Below, piece after piece: positions 29,392 to 38,788 of a stretch of 64,000 bases of DNA (the stretch's first letter is position 1; the number at the start of each line of letters is the position of its first letter). The notes under the pieces are model-generated. The model ran no database searches and was not told the DNA's origin. It worked only from the letters and a program-made list of their open reading frames with translations. This DNA is from Deltaproteobacteria bacterium (GTDB taxonomy: Bacteria > JAGRBM01 > JAHCIT01), in assembly GCA_026129095.1 (NCBI GenBank), contig JAHCIT010000002.1, positions 386,530 through 450,529 on the forward strand, read 5' to 3'. A program made the translations under genes and the position numbers.

Positions 29392-30114
29392 TTATTTCTT
29401 TTTCGCCACTTGGGCTTCTTCGGCCATCCGCTTGTACAGGAGGGCTTCCTTGTGCTTGGGGTCCACCTTCAGCACGAGCTCGGCCGATTTCGCCGATTCA
29501 GCATACTCACCGGCGGCATAGAGCGACACCGCGAGATTGAGCGAAGCCATCTGGTAGGCCGGATTGAGGCCATGGGCCACGCGGAGCTGCTCAATGGATC
29601 TCTGGATTTCCCCGTTTTCACGGAACGAGATTCCCAGCTTTGTCTGCACGTCCACGAACATGGGCCGGAGCCTTACCGCTTTTTCGTACTCGTTGATGGC
29701 TTCTCCATATTCACCAAGACTCCGGTATACATCCCCAAGCTCTGCATGCATGTTGGCGAGCTTGGAGAGCACCATCGGGTCCAAACGGCCCTGTCCGGCC
29801 TTGCGCGCCGTGGAGAGTGCGTTCTGGTAAACGTCATGGGCCCGCTGGTAATAGCCGAGATCGTTCAGGATCACCGTCAGGTTCAGGGCCGCTTCCATGT
29901 AGTTCGGATTGATCTCGATCGATTGCTCAAGGAACTTGACCGCCTGCTCGAACCGGCCACGGGAGTGAGCGATCACACCCAGCATGTAATAGACATCGGC
30001 ATATTTGAGGCTGCCTTTCACCAGCGAGTCGAGGAGCGGCTCGGCTTCGTCATACTTCTTCGCCTCGAACAGCGTCTTTGCCTGCAGATATACGGATTTG
30101 GTGTCAGCATCCAT
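29392..30114 (-). CDS. tetratricopeptide-repeat protein
   Basis: Multiple TPR units (YYMLGVIAHSRGRFEQAVKFLEQSIEINPNY..., LGDVYRSLGEYGEAINEYEKAVRL...). Confidence 0.8.
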   Translation of the reverse strand: MDADTKSVYLQAKTLFEAKKYDEAEPLLDSLVKGSLKYADVYYMLGVIAHSRGRFEQAVKFLEQSIEINPNYMEAALNLTVILNDLGYYQRAHDVYQNALSTARKAGQGRLDPMVLSKLANMHAELGDVYRSLGEYGEAINEYEKAVRLRPMFVDVQTKLGISFRENGEIQRSIEQLRVAHGLNPAYQMASLNLAVSLYAAGEYAESAKSAELVLKVDPKHKEALLYKRMAEEAQVAKKK

Positions 30115-30201
30115 CGTGATTGCCTGCGCTCCCCTGTGAAACCAGCTGTGTACCGGTCCATTACCGCGACAGGCGCAAGCCCGTCAAAGGGACGAGGATA
30201 A

Positions 30202-30672
30202 TTACCCTCTCGCCTTCCCCGCCACCACGTCGTCCCTGTGCCCGGCTTCCGGCCGGGCGGCAGGAATGAACCCCGGAATCCGTACCCGGACTTTCTGGCG
30301 CCGGACGGTGACGACGGTCTTGATATTGCCGCGTACGTTGAAATCCCCGGTCACTTCGATAAACGCCGGTGCCAACAGCGACTCCAGATCACCCAGAATC
30401 CGGTTCGTGACTCCTTCATGGTAGCTGCCCACGTTCCGGTAGCTGTTGATGTACAGCTTGAGGGATTTCAGTTCCACGCACCAGCGGTCCGGTACGTACC
30501 GTATCCAGATGGTGCCGAAGTCGGGAAAACCGGTCTTCGGGCACAGGCAGGTAAACTCCGGACAGGTCATCCGGATTTCGTAGTGCTCCCTTGAGGGGTT
30601 CGGAAATCGCTCAAGCGGGTGCAACGGTAATTGTGAACTGTTCCCTTTTTGAGTCCGGGACTTTTTCGGCAT
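30202..30672 (-). CDS. queF: NADPH-dependent 7-cyano-7-deazaguanine (preQ0) reductase
   Basis: QueF catalytic motif [14 protein letters not shown] plus downstream E(S/L)KSLKLY. Start set at ATG 30672 (GAGAGGAG SD 10 nt upstream); ATG 30693 also possible. Confidence 0.8.
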   Translation of the reverse strand: MPKKSRTQKGNSSQLPLHPLERFPNPSREHYEIRMTCPEFTCLCPKTGFPDFGTIWIRYVPDRWCVELKSLKLYINSYRNVGSYHEGVTNRILGDLESLLAPAFIEVTGDFNVRGNIKTVVTVRRQKVRVRIPGFIPAARPEAGHRDDVVAGKARG

Positions 30673-30781
30673 ACCGGGAGTGCTCCTCTCCATGTTCGCA
30701 AATCATGGCCGGATGGCACAGTTTTGTCACACACGCTAGCCTATACTCGCCGGAGACGAGTTCTTACGAGGAGAGCCCGCC

Positions 30782-32959
30782 CTGAAGGCACCCACAGAAA
30801 CCATACCGGCACAGGCCGCCAGCTATCCCGATCTCTCCGATTCCTCCTGCTACATCAACCGTGAGCTATCGTGGCTTGAGTTCAATGCCCGTGTGCTCGA
30901 AGAGGCACTGGACGACACGACACCGCTCCTGGATCGCCTCAAGTTTCTGGGAATCGTCAGCTCGAATTTTGACGAGTTTTTCCAGATCCGGGTCGGCGGC
31001 CTCAAGGAACAGCTTCAGGCCGGTGTCGAGGAGCGGAATGCGGATGGACTTTCTCCGCAGGAACAGCTCCGCCGCATCTCCGCCCGGACGCATGAACTGG
31101 TCACCATCCAGTACGACTGCTTCCGGAATATCGTGCAGCCGGAACTGGAAAAGGCGGGGATCCGGGTCCGGAAGGTCCGGGATCTCCAGGGCCCACAGAA
31201 GGAATTCGTCGAGAAATATTTTTCCGATATCGTGTTCCCGGTCCTGACGCCACTTGCCGTCGATCCGGCCCATCCGTTCCCGCACATTCTCAACAAGTCG
31301 CTGAATATCGCCGTGGCGCTCCGGGGGGCAGGCCGCGGACGGCGCAGCGAAACCTCGCTGGCCATCGTGCAGGTACCGGGCGTGCTGGACCGGATGGTGA
31401 AACTTTCCGAGACGGAACCGGGCCTGACGGAGTTCGTCCTGCTGGGCGATCTCATCGCCTTCAAGGCCGCCAACCTGTTTCCTGGCCTCAAGGTGATTTC
31501 AACCTTCTCGTTCCGGGTCACCCGGAATGCCGACCTGGATGTGGACGAGGACGAGGCCGACGACCTTCTGGTGGCGATAGAAAAGGAGCTCCGGAGCCGC
31601 AACCGCGGGGCTGCCGTCAGGCTTGAGCATCACGCAGATGCCGATCCCGAAATCCTTGAGCGGCTGCGAACCGCCCTGCATCTGGACCCGGAGGACTGCT
31701 ATGCGGTTCAGGGGCCGCTCCATTTGGCTGATTTTATGGCGTTATACGGCCTTGAATCAGTCGCGAAATTACGGGAGCCCCCCTATAACGCGCCCGTCTC
31801 ACCTCACCTGAAAGATGCCTCCTCCATTTTCGACGCCATCCAGAAACGCGACATACTGCTTCATCATCCTTATGAGTCCTTCAACTCTGTTCTCGAGTTC
31901 ATCCGCCAGGCGGCGAGCGACCCGAACGTGCTCGCCATCAAGCAGACATTGTACAGAACAGGCACCGACAGCCCGGTGATTGCCAATCTTCAGCGGGCAG
32001 CCGAGAACGGAAAGCAGGTAACGGTCCTGCTGGAACTCCGGGCCCGGTTCGACGAGCAGGCGAACATCAAGTGGGCACGGGCGCTGGAAAAGGCCGGCGT
32101 CCATGTTGTTTATGGTCTCATTGGCCTCAAGACCCACTGCAAGGTAGCACTGGTAGTCCGCCGGGAAGGGGCCCAGATACGCCGGTACGTCCATCTGAGT
32201 ACGGGAAACTATAACCCGTCTACAGCAAAGATTTATGGTGACATCGGCCTCTTTACATGCAAGGAAGCCTTCGGAGCGGATGCGACTGCATTGTTCAACC
32301 TCCTAACCGGCTACGGCCGCGCCCCCTCCTGGCACCGGCTGACCGTGGCGCCTCTCGGCATGAGGGAAAAAGTGATCGAACTGATCGACCGGGAGGCCAG
32401 AAACGCCGCCGACGGCAAGCCGGCCAGGATCATCGCTAAAATGAATGCGCTGGTCGATCCGCTGGTGATCCAGGCTCTTTACCGGGCTTCACGGGCCGGC
32501 GTCGCCATTGATCTCATCATCCGTGGAATCTGCTGCCTGCGGGCCGGCGTGCCCGGCCTGTCAGAAAACATCCGGGTACGAAGTATCGTTGACCGCTTTC
32601 TGGAGCACAGCCGGGTTTTCTGTTTTGAGGCAGGCGGAACGAAGGAGATTTACTGTTCCAGCGCAGACTGGATGCCACGGAATTTCGTGCGGCGGGTAGA
32701 GACGATGTTTCCGATTGAAGATCCCGCCATCCGGACCCGCATCCTTGACGAGATATTCGCCGGCGTGCTGGCCGACAATATCAAGGCGCGTATCCTGAAG
32801 CCGGATGGTATCTGGAGCCGGGTGGAACGGAAAGCCGATGAGCCCGAATGGCGAAGCCAGTTCCGTTTCATGGAGATCGCCCGCCAGACACCAGAGACGG
32901 TGCAGCAGAAAACCCCATTCGAAGTACGTCCGCTCAGCCAGATGGAGCCGGAAAAATAG
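30782..32959 (+). CDS. ppk: polyphosphate kinase 1
   Basis: YINRELSWLEFNARVLEEA N-terminal PPK1 signature, both His-containing PLD-like motifs and a long PPK_C region; 688+ aa. The conserved N-terminus lies upstream of the first GTG (30893); see finding. Confidence 0.85.
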   Translation: MKAPTETIPAQAASYPDLSDSSCYINRELSWLEFNARVLEEALDDTTPLLDRLKFLGIVSSNFDEFFQIRVGGLKEQLQAGVEERNADGLSPQEQLRRISARTHELVTIQYDCFRNIVQPELEKAGIRVRKVRDLQGPQKEFVEKYFSDIVFPVLTPLAVDPAHPFPHILNKSLNIAVALRGAGRGRRSETSLAIVQVPGVLDRMVKLSETEPGLTEFVLLGDLIAFKAANLFPGLKVISTFSFRVTRNADLDVDEDEADDLLVAIEKELRSRNRGAAVRLEHHADADPEILERLRTALHLDPEDCYAVQGPLHLADFMALYGLESVAKLREPPYNAPVSPHLKDASSIFDAIQKRDILLHHPYESFNSVLEFIRQAASDPNVLAIKQTLYRTGTDSPVIANLQRAAENGKQVTVLLELRARFDEQANIKWARALEKAGVHVVYGLIGLKTHCKVALVVRREGAQIRRYVHLSTGNYNPSTAKIYGDIGLFTCKEAFGADATALFNLLTGYGRAPSWHRLTVAPLGMREKVIELIDREARNAADGKPARIIAKMNALVDPLVIQALYRASRAGVAIDLIIRGICCLRAGVPGLSENIRVRSIVDRFLEHSRVFCFEAGGTKEIYCSSADWMPRNFVRRVETMFPIEDPAIRTRILDEIFAGVLADNIKARILKPDGIWSRVERKADEPEWRSQFRFMEIARQTPETVQQKTPFEVRPLSQMEPEK

Positions 32960-32965
32960 GCGGGA

Positions 32966-33421
32966 CTATCCCGCCATCGCCGTACGAAACGACGGATGTC
33001 CCTCTGGAGCGGGACGGTCATACTCGCCTGGGAAAAGTCTCCGGACCGCCCGGAGCAGTTCAAAATACCTGAGTGGCTTGGTGAGGTAATCGCTCGCTCC
33101 TGCACGGCCAGCCTGCTCGCGGTAATCGGAACCGGCAAAGGTAGTGAGAACAAGGACAGGAAGCTGCACTGGCGCGTAGAGCTTTCGCACGCGCTCGACC
33201 AGCTGGATACCATTCATGTTCGGCATGGCGAGATCGGTAATCACGAGGTCGTAGTTTCGGCCCTCGTCGCGGGCCCGATTGATCCGCTGGATGGCGACAA
33301 GACCATCGGGAACTGTTTCCACATCACAGGCACAGATCTTGTGCAGCCAGAGATCAAGAAGCTGCCGGACGACACTGGAGTCATCAGCAACAAGTATCGA
33401 CAGCTTCTTATGCCCGGTCAT
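32966..33421 (-). CDS. single-domain response regulator (CheY-like receiver)
   Basis: ILVADDSSVVRQ...DLVITDLAMPNMNG...TKP. Conserved Asp pocket and Lys present; no output domain. Start ATG 33421 (GAGGG SD). Confidence 0.8.
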   Translation of the reverse strand: MTGHKKLSILVADDSSVVRQLLDLWLHKICACDVETVPDGLVAIQRINRARDEGRNYDLVITDLAMPNMNGIQLVERVRKLYAPVQLPVLVLTTFAGSDYREQAGRAGASDYLTKPLRYFELLRAVRRLFPGEYDRPAPEGHPSFRTAMAG

Positions 33422-33554
33422 GTCAGTTCTACCCTCGAGCAAGCACTTGGAGCGGTCAAAACACCAAGCTCCTTGCATTTTAATAATTAAATCCCCATAG
33501 GGCAATTCTCGCGCCTGCATCAGGCTAACGCGCCGCATCACCAAAAAAGCACAG

Positions 33555-33600
33555 AACCCCCGCCGCTGAAGGCGAGGGCTCCGTGCCTAAACCCCCATGC
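33555..33600 (-). terminator. possible intrinsic terminator after ACAD operon (imperfect GC stem + T-run on minus strand)
   Basis: The minus strand reads GGAGCCCTCGCC-TTCA-GCGGCGGGGG followed by TTCTGTGCTTTTTTGG. The stem has one bulge. Confidence 0.3.
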
Positions 33601-33603
33601 GGG

Positions 33604-34824
33604 TCAGTCAATTCGGATATCGGGCATCAGCCTGCGGCTAATAATCAGCTTCTGGACCTGTCCGGTCCCCTCGAAGATGTCATAGACCTGGATGTCACGG
33701 AAGGCCTTTTCCACGAGAAGTTCTTCCTCGCAACCGTGCCCGCGGATCAGGTCCAGGCAGTCACGAGTGACTTCCTTGCCCACTTTTGCCGAATATGCCT
33801 TGCAGGCCGAAGCCTCCTTGGTATTCGCCAGGTCGAGATCGGCCATCCACACCGCGTGATAGGTGAGGTAACGGCTCGCCTGAACCAGCCGGTCCATGCG
33901 GGCAAGCTTCTCCTTGATCGCGGCATAGCGTGGAACCGGACGGCCGAGTTCATAGTTCTTCACCAGGAAATCACGGGTGGTGTCCAGTGCCGACTGGGCG
34001 ATGCCATTGGCCATCGCCGCCACGAGCGGGCGGGTAGTATCGAAGGTTTTCATTGCCGTCTGGAAACCGCCCTTGGCGAGTTTTTCGTAGCGGTCCTCTC
34101 CGCCAAGAAGGTTGTCCTTGTGAATCCGGCACTCCTCGAATCCGAGCATTGCTGTTTCCGAGGCACGCAGGCCCAGCTTCTTTTCGATCTTGAGCACCGA
34201 GAATCCCGGCGTACCCTTCTCGACAATAAATGCCCGGTGACCTGCGCGTCCCTGCGACTTGTCAATCGTGGCGAACACGATCACCCAGTCGGCGCGGCCG
34301 CCACAGGTGATGAAGCACTTTGTCCCGTTAAGGACATAGTAGTCGCCATCCTTGCGGCAGGTCGTCGAGATGCCGGCAACGTCGGATCCGGCCCCCGGTT
34401 CGGTAAGACCATAGGCACCCCAGTGAATATCGTTCTTGTCCTTGAAGATACCAAAGTATTTGGCCTGCTGTTCCGGCGTCCCCGATGAACGGAGCGGCGG
34501 GCCGCCGAGGCCCGGCCCCGGCATGACCAGCATGAGGCTCGGATCGCCCCAGGCGAGTTCCTCGGCGCCAACGACGGCCATGCGATTGGCCTGCCGTTCG
34601 CCCTTCTTCGCCGTGGCGCCAATACCATCCCCTTCACCGCCCAGTTCCTTGGGAACGGCGCCGCCGCCAAGACCCATCGAGTTTATCATCTTGAGGAACT
34701 TGCGGTCATGATCATGATTGCGGTCGGCCTTCAGCGCCTGTGCACGAATCTGCGATTTGGCAAACATGCGTACCATGTCGCGGAGCTGCGCCTGAGCCTT
34801 GTCCAGTTCAAAATCGATACCCAT
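33604..34824 (-). CDS. acyl-CoA dehydrogenase
   Basis: YGLTEPGAGSDVAG and a YDIFEGTGQVQ-like region (QVYDIFEGTGQVQKLII), both typical of ACADs. Confidence 0.85.
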   Translation of the reverse strand: MGIDFELDKAQAQLRDMVRMFAKSQIRAQALKADRNHDHDRKFLKMINSMGLGGGAVPKELGGEGDGIGATAKKGERQANRMAVVGAEELAWGDPSLMLVMPGPGLGGPPLRSSGTPEQQAKYFGIFKDKNDIHWGAYGLTEPGAGSDVAGISTTCRKDGDYYVLNGTKCFITCGGRADWVIVFATIDKSQGRAGHRAFIVEKGTPGFSVLKIEKKLGLRASETAMLGFEECRIHKDNLLGGEDRYEKLAKGGFQTAMKTFDTTRPLVAAMANGIAQSALDTTRDFLVKNYELGRPVPRYAAIKEKLARMDRLVQASRYLTYHAVWMADLDLANTKEASACKAYSAKVGKEVTRDCLDLIRGHGCEEELLVEKAFRDIQVYDIFEGTGQVQKLIISRRLMPDIRID

Positions 34825-34868
34825 TTAAAATACTCCTGAAAAATTCCGTGTGGGCCCCGAAAGGGCGG

Positions 34869-36005
34869 TCAGTTTTTCACCGGCACGATGATATCGGCCG
34901 CGGCTGCATCATTGAGGCCAATGGACCCGAGCAGGACGCCAAGCTGGCGCGAATCGCGCAGCCATTTTTCTGCCGGATAGTCCTCAATGAAACCAGCGCC
35001 GCCGAGCACCTGCACGCAGTCGTTGGCCACCCGCACCGACACGTCGGCCGCGTGAGCCAGTGCCTGCAAAGCCGCAAGCCGTGCATCCAGTCCCTTGTCG
35101 AACAGGGCTGCGGCCTTCCAGACCAGCCAGCGGGCCGAGTTCGTCTCGGTAAAGGCATCGGCAACCATGAAAGCAACCGACTGGAACTGCCCGATCATCT
35201 TGCCGAAGGCCGGCCGCTCCTGGGCGTATTTGGCGGCATAGTCAGCCGAAGCGGTCGAGACGCCAACGAGCCGTGCGGCAATGAGAATCCGGAGCCGGGT
35301 CAGTGCCTTCTGGATATCGGTTCCTTCCAGAGCCACGCCCTTTACGTTCTCGAGCTTCACGTTGCAGCACTCGATGGTGCGGAGACCGCACTTCTCAACC
35401 GGTGCGCCGACCGCCAGGCCTGCTGCGCCCGCTTCCACAACGAAAGCCCTCAGGTCGCTCGCGTCGGGGGCCGATCCGGTCTTGGCAATCACAACAAACA
35501 GTTTCGCGTCCCTGGCGCCGTATACCCAGCGCTTCTCGCCACTGATGACATCGCCCTTGACGGTCGTTGCCATGTTGCCAAACGTGTCGTCATCAAGGGC
35601 CTTTTCCGAGATGGCCAGCGCAATCCGGCAGGACGGATCGCCCGCATTGCCAAGATACGTTTTCTTCTGGGCCGCCGAGCCCAGTTCCAGAATTACCTGT
35701 GCACCAAGGCCGGGGCCGTCGAGACCCAGTGCCATACCGGCATCGCCCCAGGCGATCTCTTCCTCAACGATTGCGCGAGTGACCGTTCCCTGTGCAAGAC
35801 CACCGAGATCTTCGGGAAAATCGACGAGCGGGAAACCGTTCTCGACATAGTCCTTCCGGATCTTGTCCGGAATGGCCTTGTGCATTTCGCATTCGCGGTA
35901 AACGTACTCCTTGTCGCCCTTGCCCCGGATACGGTCCACAGCAAACTTGCGTGCCGTCTCCTGCATCTGCTTCTGTTCGTCGGTCAGTTCAAAGCTGATC
36001 GCCAT
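34869..36005 (-). CDS. acyl-CoA dehydrogenase family protein (divergent paralog)
   Basis: Overall ACAD fold (IAWGDAGMALGLDGPGLG ... VQVLGGAGFIEDYPAEKWLRD), less conserved than its neighbour. It sits 44 nt upstream of the neighbour on the same strand. Confidence 0.8.
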   Translation of the reverse strand: MAISFELTDEQKQMQETARKFAVDRIRGKGDKEYVYRECEMHKAIPDKIRKDYVENGFPLVDFPEDLGGLAQGTVTRAIVEEEIAWGDAGMALGLDGPGLGAQVILELGSAAQKKTYLGNAGDPSCRIALAISEKALDDDTFGNMATTVKGDVISGEKRWVYGARDAKLFVVIAKTGSAPDASDLRAFVVEAGAAGLAVGAPVEKCGLRTIECCNVKLENVKGVALEGTDIQKALTRLRILIAARLVGVSTASADYAAKYAQERPAFGKMIGQFQSVAFMVADAFTETNSARWLVWKAAALFDKGLDARLAALQALAHAADVSVRVANDCVQVLGGAGFIEDYPAEKWLRDSRQLGVLLGSIGLNDAAAADIIVPVKN

Positions 36006-36300
36006 GATTTAGGAACCTCCCTGGTGCCCGTCCGCGTCTCTGTTCACGACCGTCCGGCTCGGACCCTGTAACTTGCGGTTTCACCCCACGCAGGCCACCC
36101 TGCTGCGAGGCCTTCCCCCGTTACCGCACCTTGGCGCAACTGGTCAAACCGCCGTTCAATGAAAGCAGGGGGCGCCGCCGAACCTGACCGAACCCATGTT
36201 CGATGAATACGGCCCCCAGCCTATTCGCCATTTAAACGCAGGCTCACCGCAATTTAAAGAGGACTTGCAGCAGGAACGTGGGAGCACAAGGAGAGAAAAT

Positions 36301-37713
36301 TTACACGAGAATCTCACCCACAAGGTCATAGACATCAGCGGCAGTGATGCGAACCGGGACGATACGCCCGGTAAATCTTGCGGGATCGAGTTCCTGGATG
36401 TGGTCGCCATAATCCTTTGACTGGATACCGGCAATGTGAACCTGGCCGTCGATATCGGGAGCCATACCCGAAGTGCGGCCGGTCATCAGATGCTCGCTCT
36501 CGGGATGCGACCCCTCGACAATGACGTCGAGAGTTCGTCCCACAAGCGCCTTCGACCGGGCACGGGCGATCCCCTGCTGCACGCGCATGAGCCGCGCCAG
36601 CCGACGCTTCTTCACGTTCTCGGGCACCTGGTTTTCCATCTGGCCGGCAGGAGTGTTTTCCTCCCTTGAATAGGTGAACGCGCCCATGCGGTCGAAACCA
36701 TACTCCTCGACGAAATCGATGAGCTTGTCGAACTGTTCGTCCGTCTCGCCCGGAAAGCCCACAATAAATACCGTCCGGAGCACGAGGTCCGGAATCTCGC
36801 CCCGCAGGCGCGTCATGAGATCACGGACAGTACGCTCGCGTGTGTTGCGGCGCATGTTTTTCAGGATCGTGTCATCGGCATGCTGGAGCGGCATATCCAG
36901 ATAGCTGACAAGCTTTTTCTCCGATGCGAGCAGCGATACCAGCTCCGGAGTGAACTTGTCCGGATAGTTGTAAAGGAGCCGTATCCACCGGATTCCGTCC
37001 ACCTGGACCAGTTCGCGCAGCAACCGGGCCAGCGTGGGCCGGCCGGGGAGATCCTCCCCATATGACGTCAGATCCTGGGCAATGAGATTGATCTCGACAC
37101 AGCCATTCTCCGCGAGCCGCACCGCCTCGGCCATGATATCCGCAACAGGCCTTGAGCGCTGCGCGCCGCGAAGCTGCGGAATGATGCAGAAACTGCAGGT
37201 GCGGTTACACCCCTCGGCGATCTTGAGGAAAGCCGTCCACGGGCGGCCGGAAATTTCACGCGTCGAGTAGCTCTCAAATGTCGCCTCCGGATCTCCGATG
37301 GCCGGCAGTTCGAGCTGACCGCCATAAAGATCATCGATGGCATCGGCAATGCGGGCGAACTCGCCCGTACCGAGAAAGCGGTCCACTTCAGGAAGCGCGG
37401 CAGACATGTCTTCGCCACGGAAATTCTGGGGCAGACAGCCGGTAACAAGGAGCTTTTCGCAGGCACCCTCTTTCTTGAGACGCCCCAACTCGACGATGGT
37501 ATCGATCGACTCCTGCTTGGCCGAGGCGATGAAACTGCAGGTGTTCACAACAACAATCTGCGCTTCATCTTCGGACCGGGCCACTTCGAAACCGCGGCGG
37601 CGCAGCAGCCCCAGCATGACCTCCGAATCCACGAGATTCTTCGGGCACCCAAGACTCTGGAGGAATATTTTCTTCGGCCCCAGGGCAGGAGAGCTTCGGG
37701 CAGAAAGGGACAA
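36301..37713 (-). CDS. rimO: ribosomal protein S12 methylthiotransferase RimO
   Basis: N-terminal MTTase domain (KIFLQSLGCPKNLVDSE), radical-SAM CxxxCxxC (EGCNRTCSFC) and a C-terminal TRAM. The LLYNYPD pattern is typical of RimO. Start uncertain (TTG 37713 used; ORF open to ATG 37764). Confidence 0.8.
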   Translation of the reverse strand: MSLSARSSPALGPKKIFLQSLGCPKNLVDSEVMLGLLRRRGFEVARSEDEAQIVVVNTCSFIASAKQESIDTIVELGRLKKEGACEKLLVTGCLPQNFRGEDMSAALPEVDRFLGTGEFARIADAIDDLYGGQLELPAIGDPEATFESYSTREISGRPWTAFLKIAEGCNRTCSFCIIPQLRGAQRSRPVADIMAEAVRLAENGCVEINLIAQDLTSYGEDLPGRPTLARLLRELVQVDGIRWIRLLYNYPDKFTPELVSLLASEKKLVSYLDMPLQHADDTILKNMRRNTRERTVRDLMTRLRGEIPDLVLRTVFIVGFPGETDEQFDKLIDFVEEYGFDRMGAFTYSREENTPAGQMENQVPENVKKRRLARLMRVQQGIARARSKALVGRTLDVIVEGSHPESEHLMTGRTSGMAPDIDGQVHIAGIQSKDYGDHIQELDPARFTGRIVPVRITAADVYDLVGEILV

Positions 37714-37806
37714 GACGGCATACCTCACCGGGCAAACCCGGCCAGGCCTGCCACCGGCCCGCATTATGGGGATAGACGGAGGGAAGGCAAACGGGAAACG
37801 CCGTGG

Positions 37807-38145
37807 CTAGTGCCGCTGGTCCAGCCGGTCCAGATATCTTTCAAGCGCTTTCCAGCCATCGGGAGAGATGGCAATAAACTGGATGCCCACGCCTTCAGCG
37901 TGCTTGGCGTCGGGCTGCCGGTGGAACTCGACATAGCCGTCGACTTCGAGCTTCTCATGAGTATCGGGAATCTCGATGGTAAGCGTCACCATGTCGCCGT
38001 GTTCCAGCAGGCGGCCGGTTTTGACGAACATGCCGCTTCGGGAAATATTTTCAGTGTATTCCTGCCGCAGTTCGACCGCGTCACGGAACACCAGCGGTAT
38101 GGATACCGGGTGCCGTTCATGGCGCCGGTGATTATCTGTTTTCAT
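37807..38145 (-). CDS. PilZ domain protein
   Basis: RxxxR (RRHER) and D-x-S-x-x-G (ENISRSGMFV) c-di-GMP-binding PilZ motifs; 112 aa. AGGAGG SD. Confidence 0.8.
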   Translation of the reverse strand: MKTDNHRRHERHPVSIPLVFRDAVELRQEYTENISRSGMFVKTGRLLEHGDMVTLTIEIPDTHEKLEVDGYVEFHRQPDAKHAEGVGIQFIAISPDGWKALERYLDRLDQRH

Positions 38146-38347
38146 GACCTTATCCTCCTGACCATTACTGTACTGCTGGCCGCTCCAGGTACCAGACCCT
38201 GACTAGTTCCTGCCGCCTTTCAGTACGGTTACCCCGCCTACCATTTTACGCCTGCCCGGAAGAGGCGCAACGAGGAATTTCAGCCAGTTATGGCGATGAT
38301 GCGTGTTGAGGTGTGGTGAACCGTGGTGACAACTTAACCTTTTGGAA

Positions 38348-38692
38348 TTAGTAAGTTTTTGTCCCTTCGACTGCTTCGGCAAGCTGGGCAATATAGTCGT
38401 CCAGAAGCCGCCGGTCCCGGGCCGGGAGCGGGCCAAACTCGATCCCGGCCCCCTTTCGGGTGCCGGTATGGCTGTGAATCACCCGGGCGGGGATATCCAG
38501 GACCAGTCCCTTTCCCGGCAGGGAGATTTCCAGCGTAAGTGCCTGTCCGGTAGTGAACTTCTGGGAGGTTTCCAGAAAGAGACCCCCTCGCGAGATATCA
38601 AAGGTGGCGGCAGACGATGCGCCGCCCGTAATTCGGTAACGGACCTCGATCCGGACCTGATGCCGGGGATAGATTCGGGTATTCAGCGCCAT
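38348..38692 (-). CDS. PilZ domain protein
   Basis: RHQVR … DISRGGLFLET PilZ motifs; 114 aa. Confidence 0.8.
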   Translation of the reverse strand: MALNTRIYPRHQVRIEVRYRITGGASSAATFDISRGGLFLETSQKFTTGQALTLEISLPGKGLVLDIPARVIHSHTGTRKGAGIEFGPLPARDRRLLDDYIAQLAEAVEGTKTY

Positions 38693-38788
38693 GCAAACGG
38701 GGCCAGCGGGTTCCCCTCCGGAATCCCGCCCGCAACGTTTCTATCATGCGCCGTTGCAAGAATTAACGCAACCGAAAGCTCCCGGATA

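Noticed and set aside
29155-30201. 348-aa plus-strand ORF antisense to the TPR and hypothetical genes
   Set aside because: No motifs; antisense to two coherent minus-strand CDSs with SD-supported starts.
30694-30740. TGGCAC-N4-TTGT sigma-54-like motif upstream of ppk1
   Set aside because: The -12 element reads TC, not GC, and the spacing is off by one. It was weaker than the 13367 site.
34740-36071. 443-aa plus-strand ORF antisense to the ACAD gene
   Set aside because: The ACAD minus-strand reading is strongly supported by family motifs. The antisense frame is Arg/Gly-rich.
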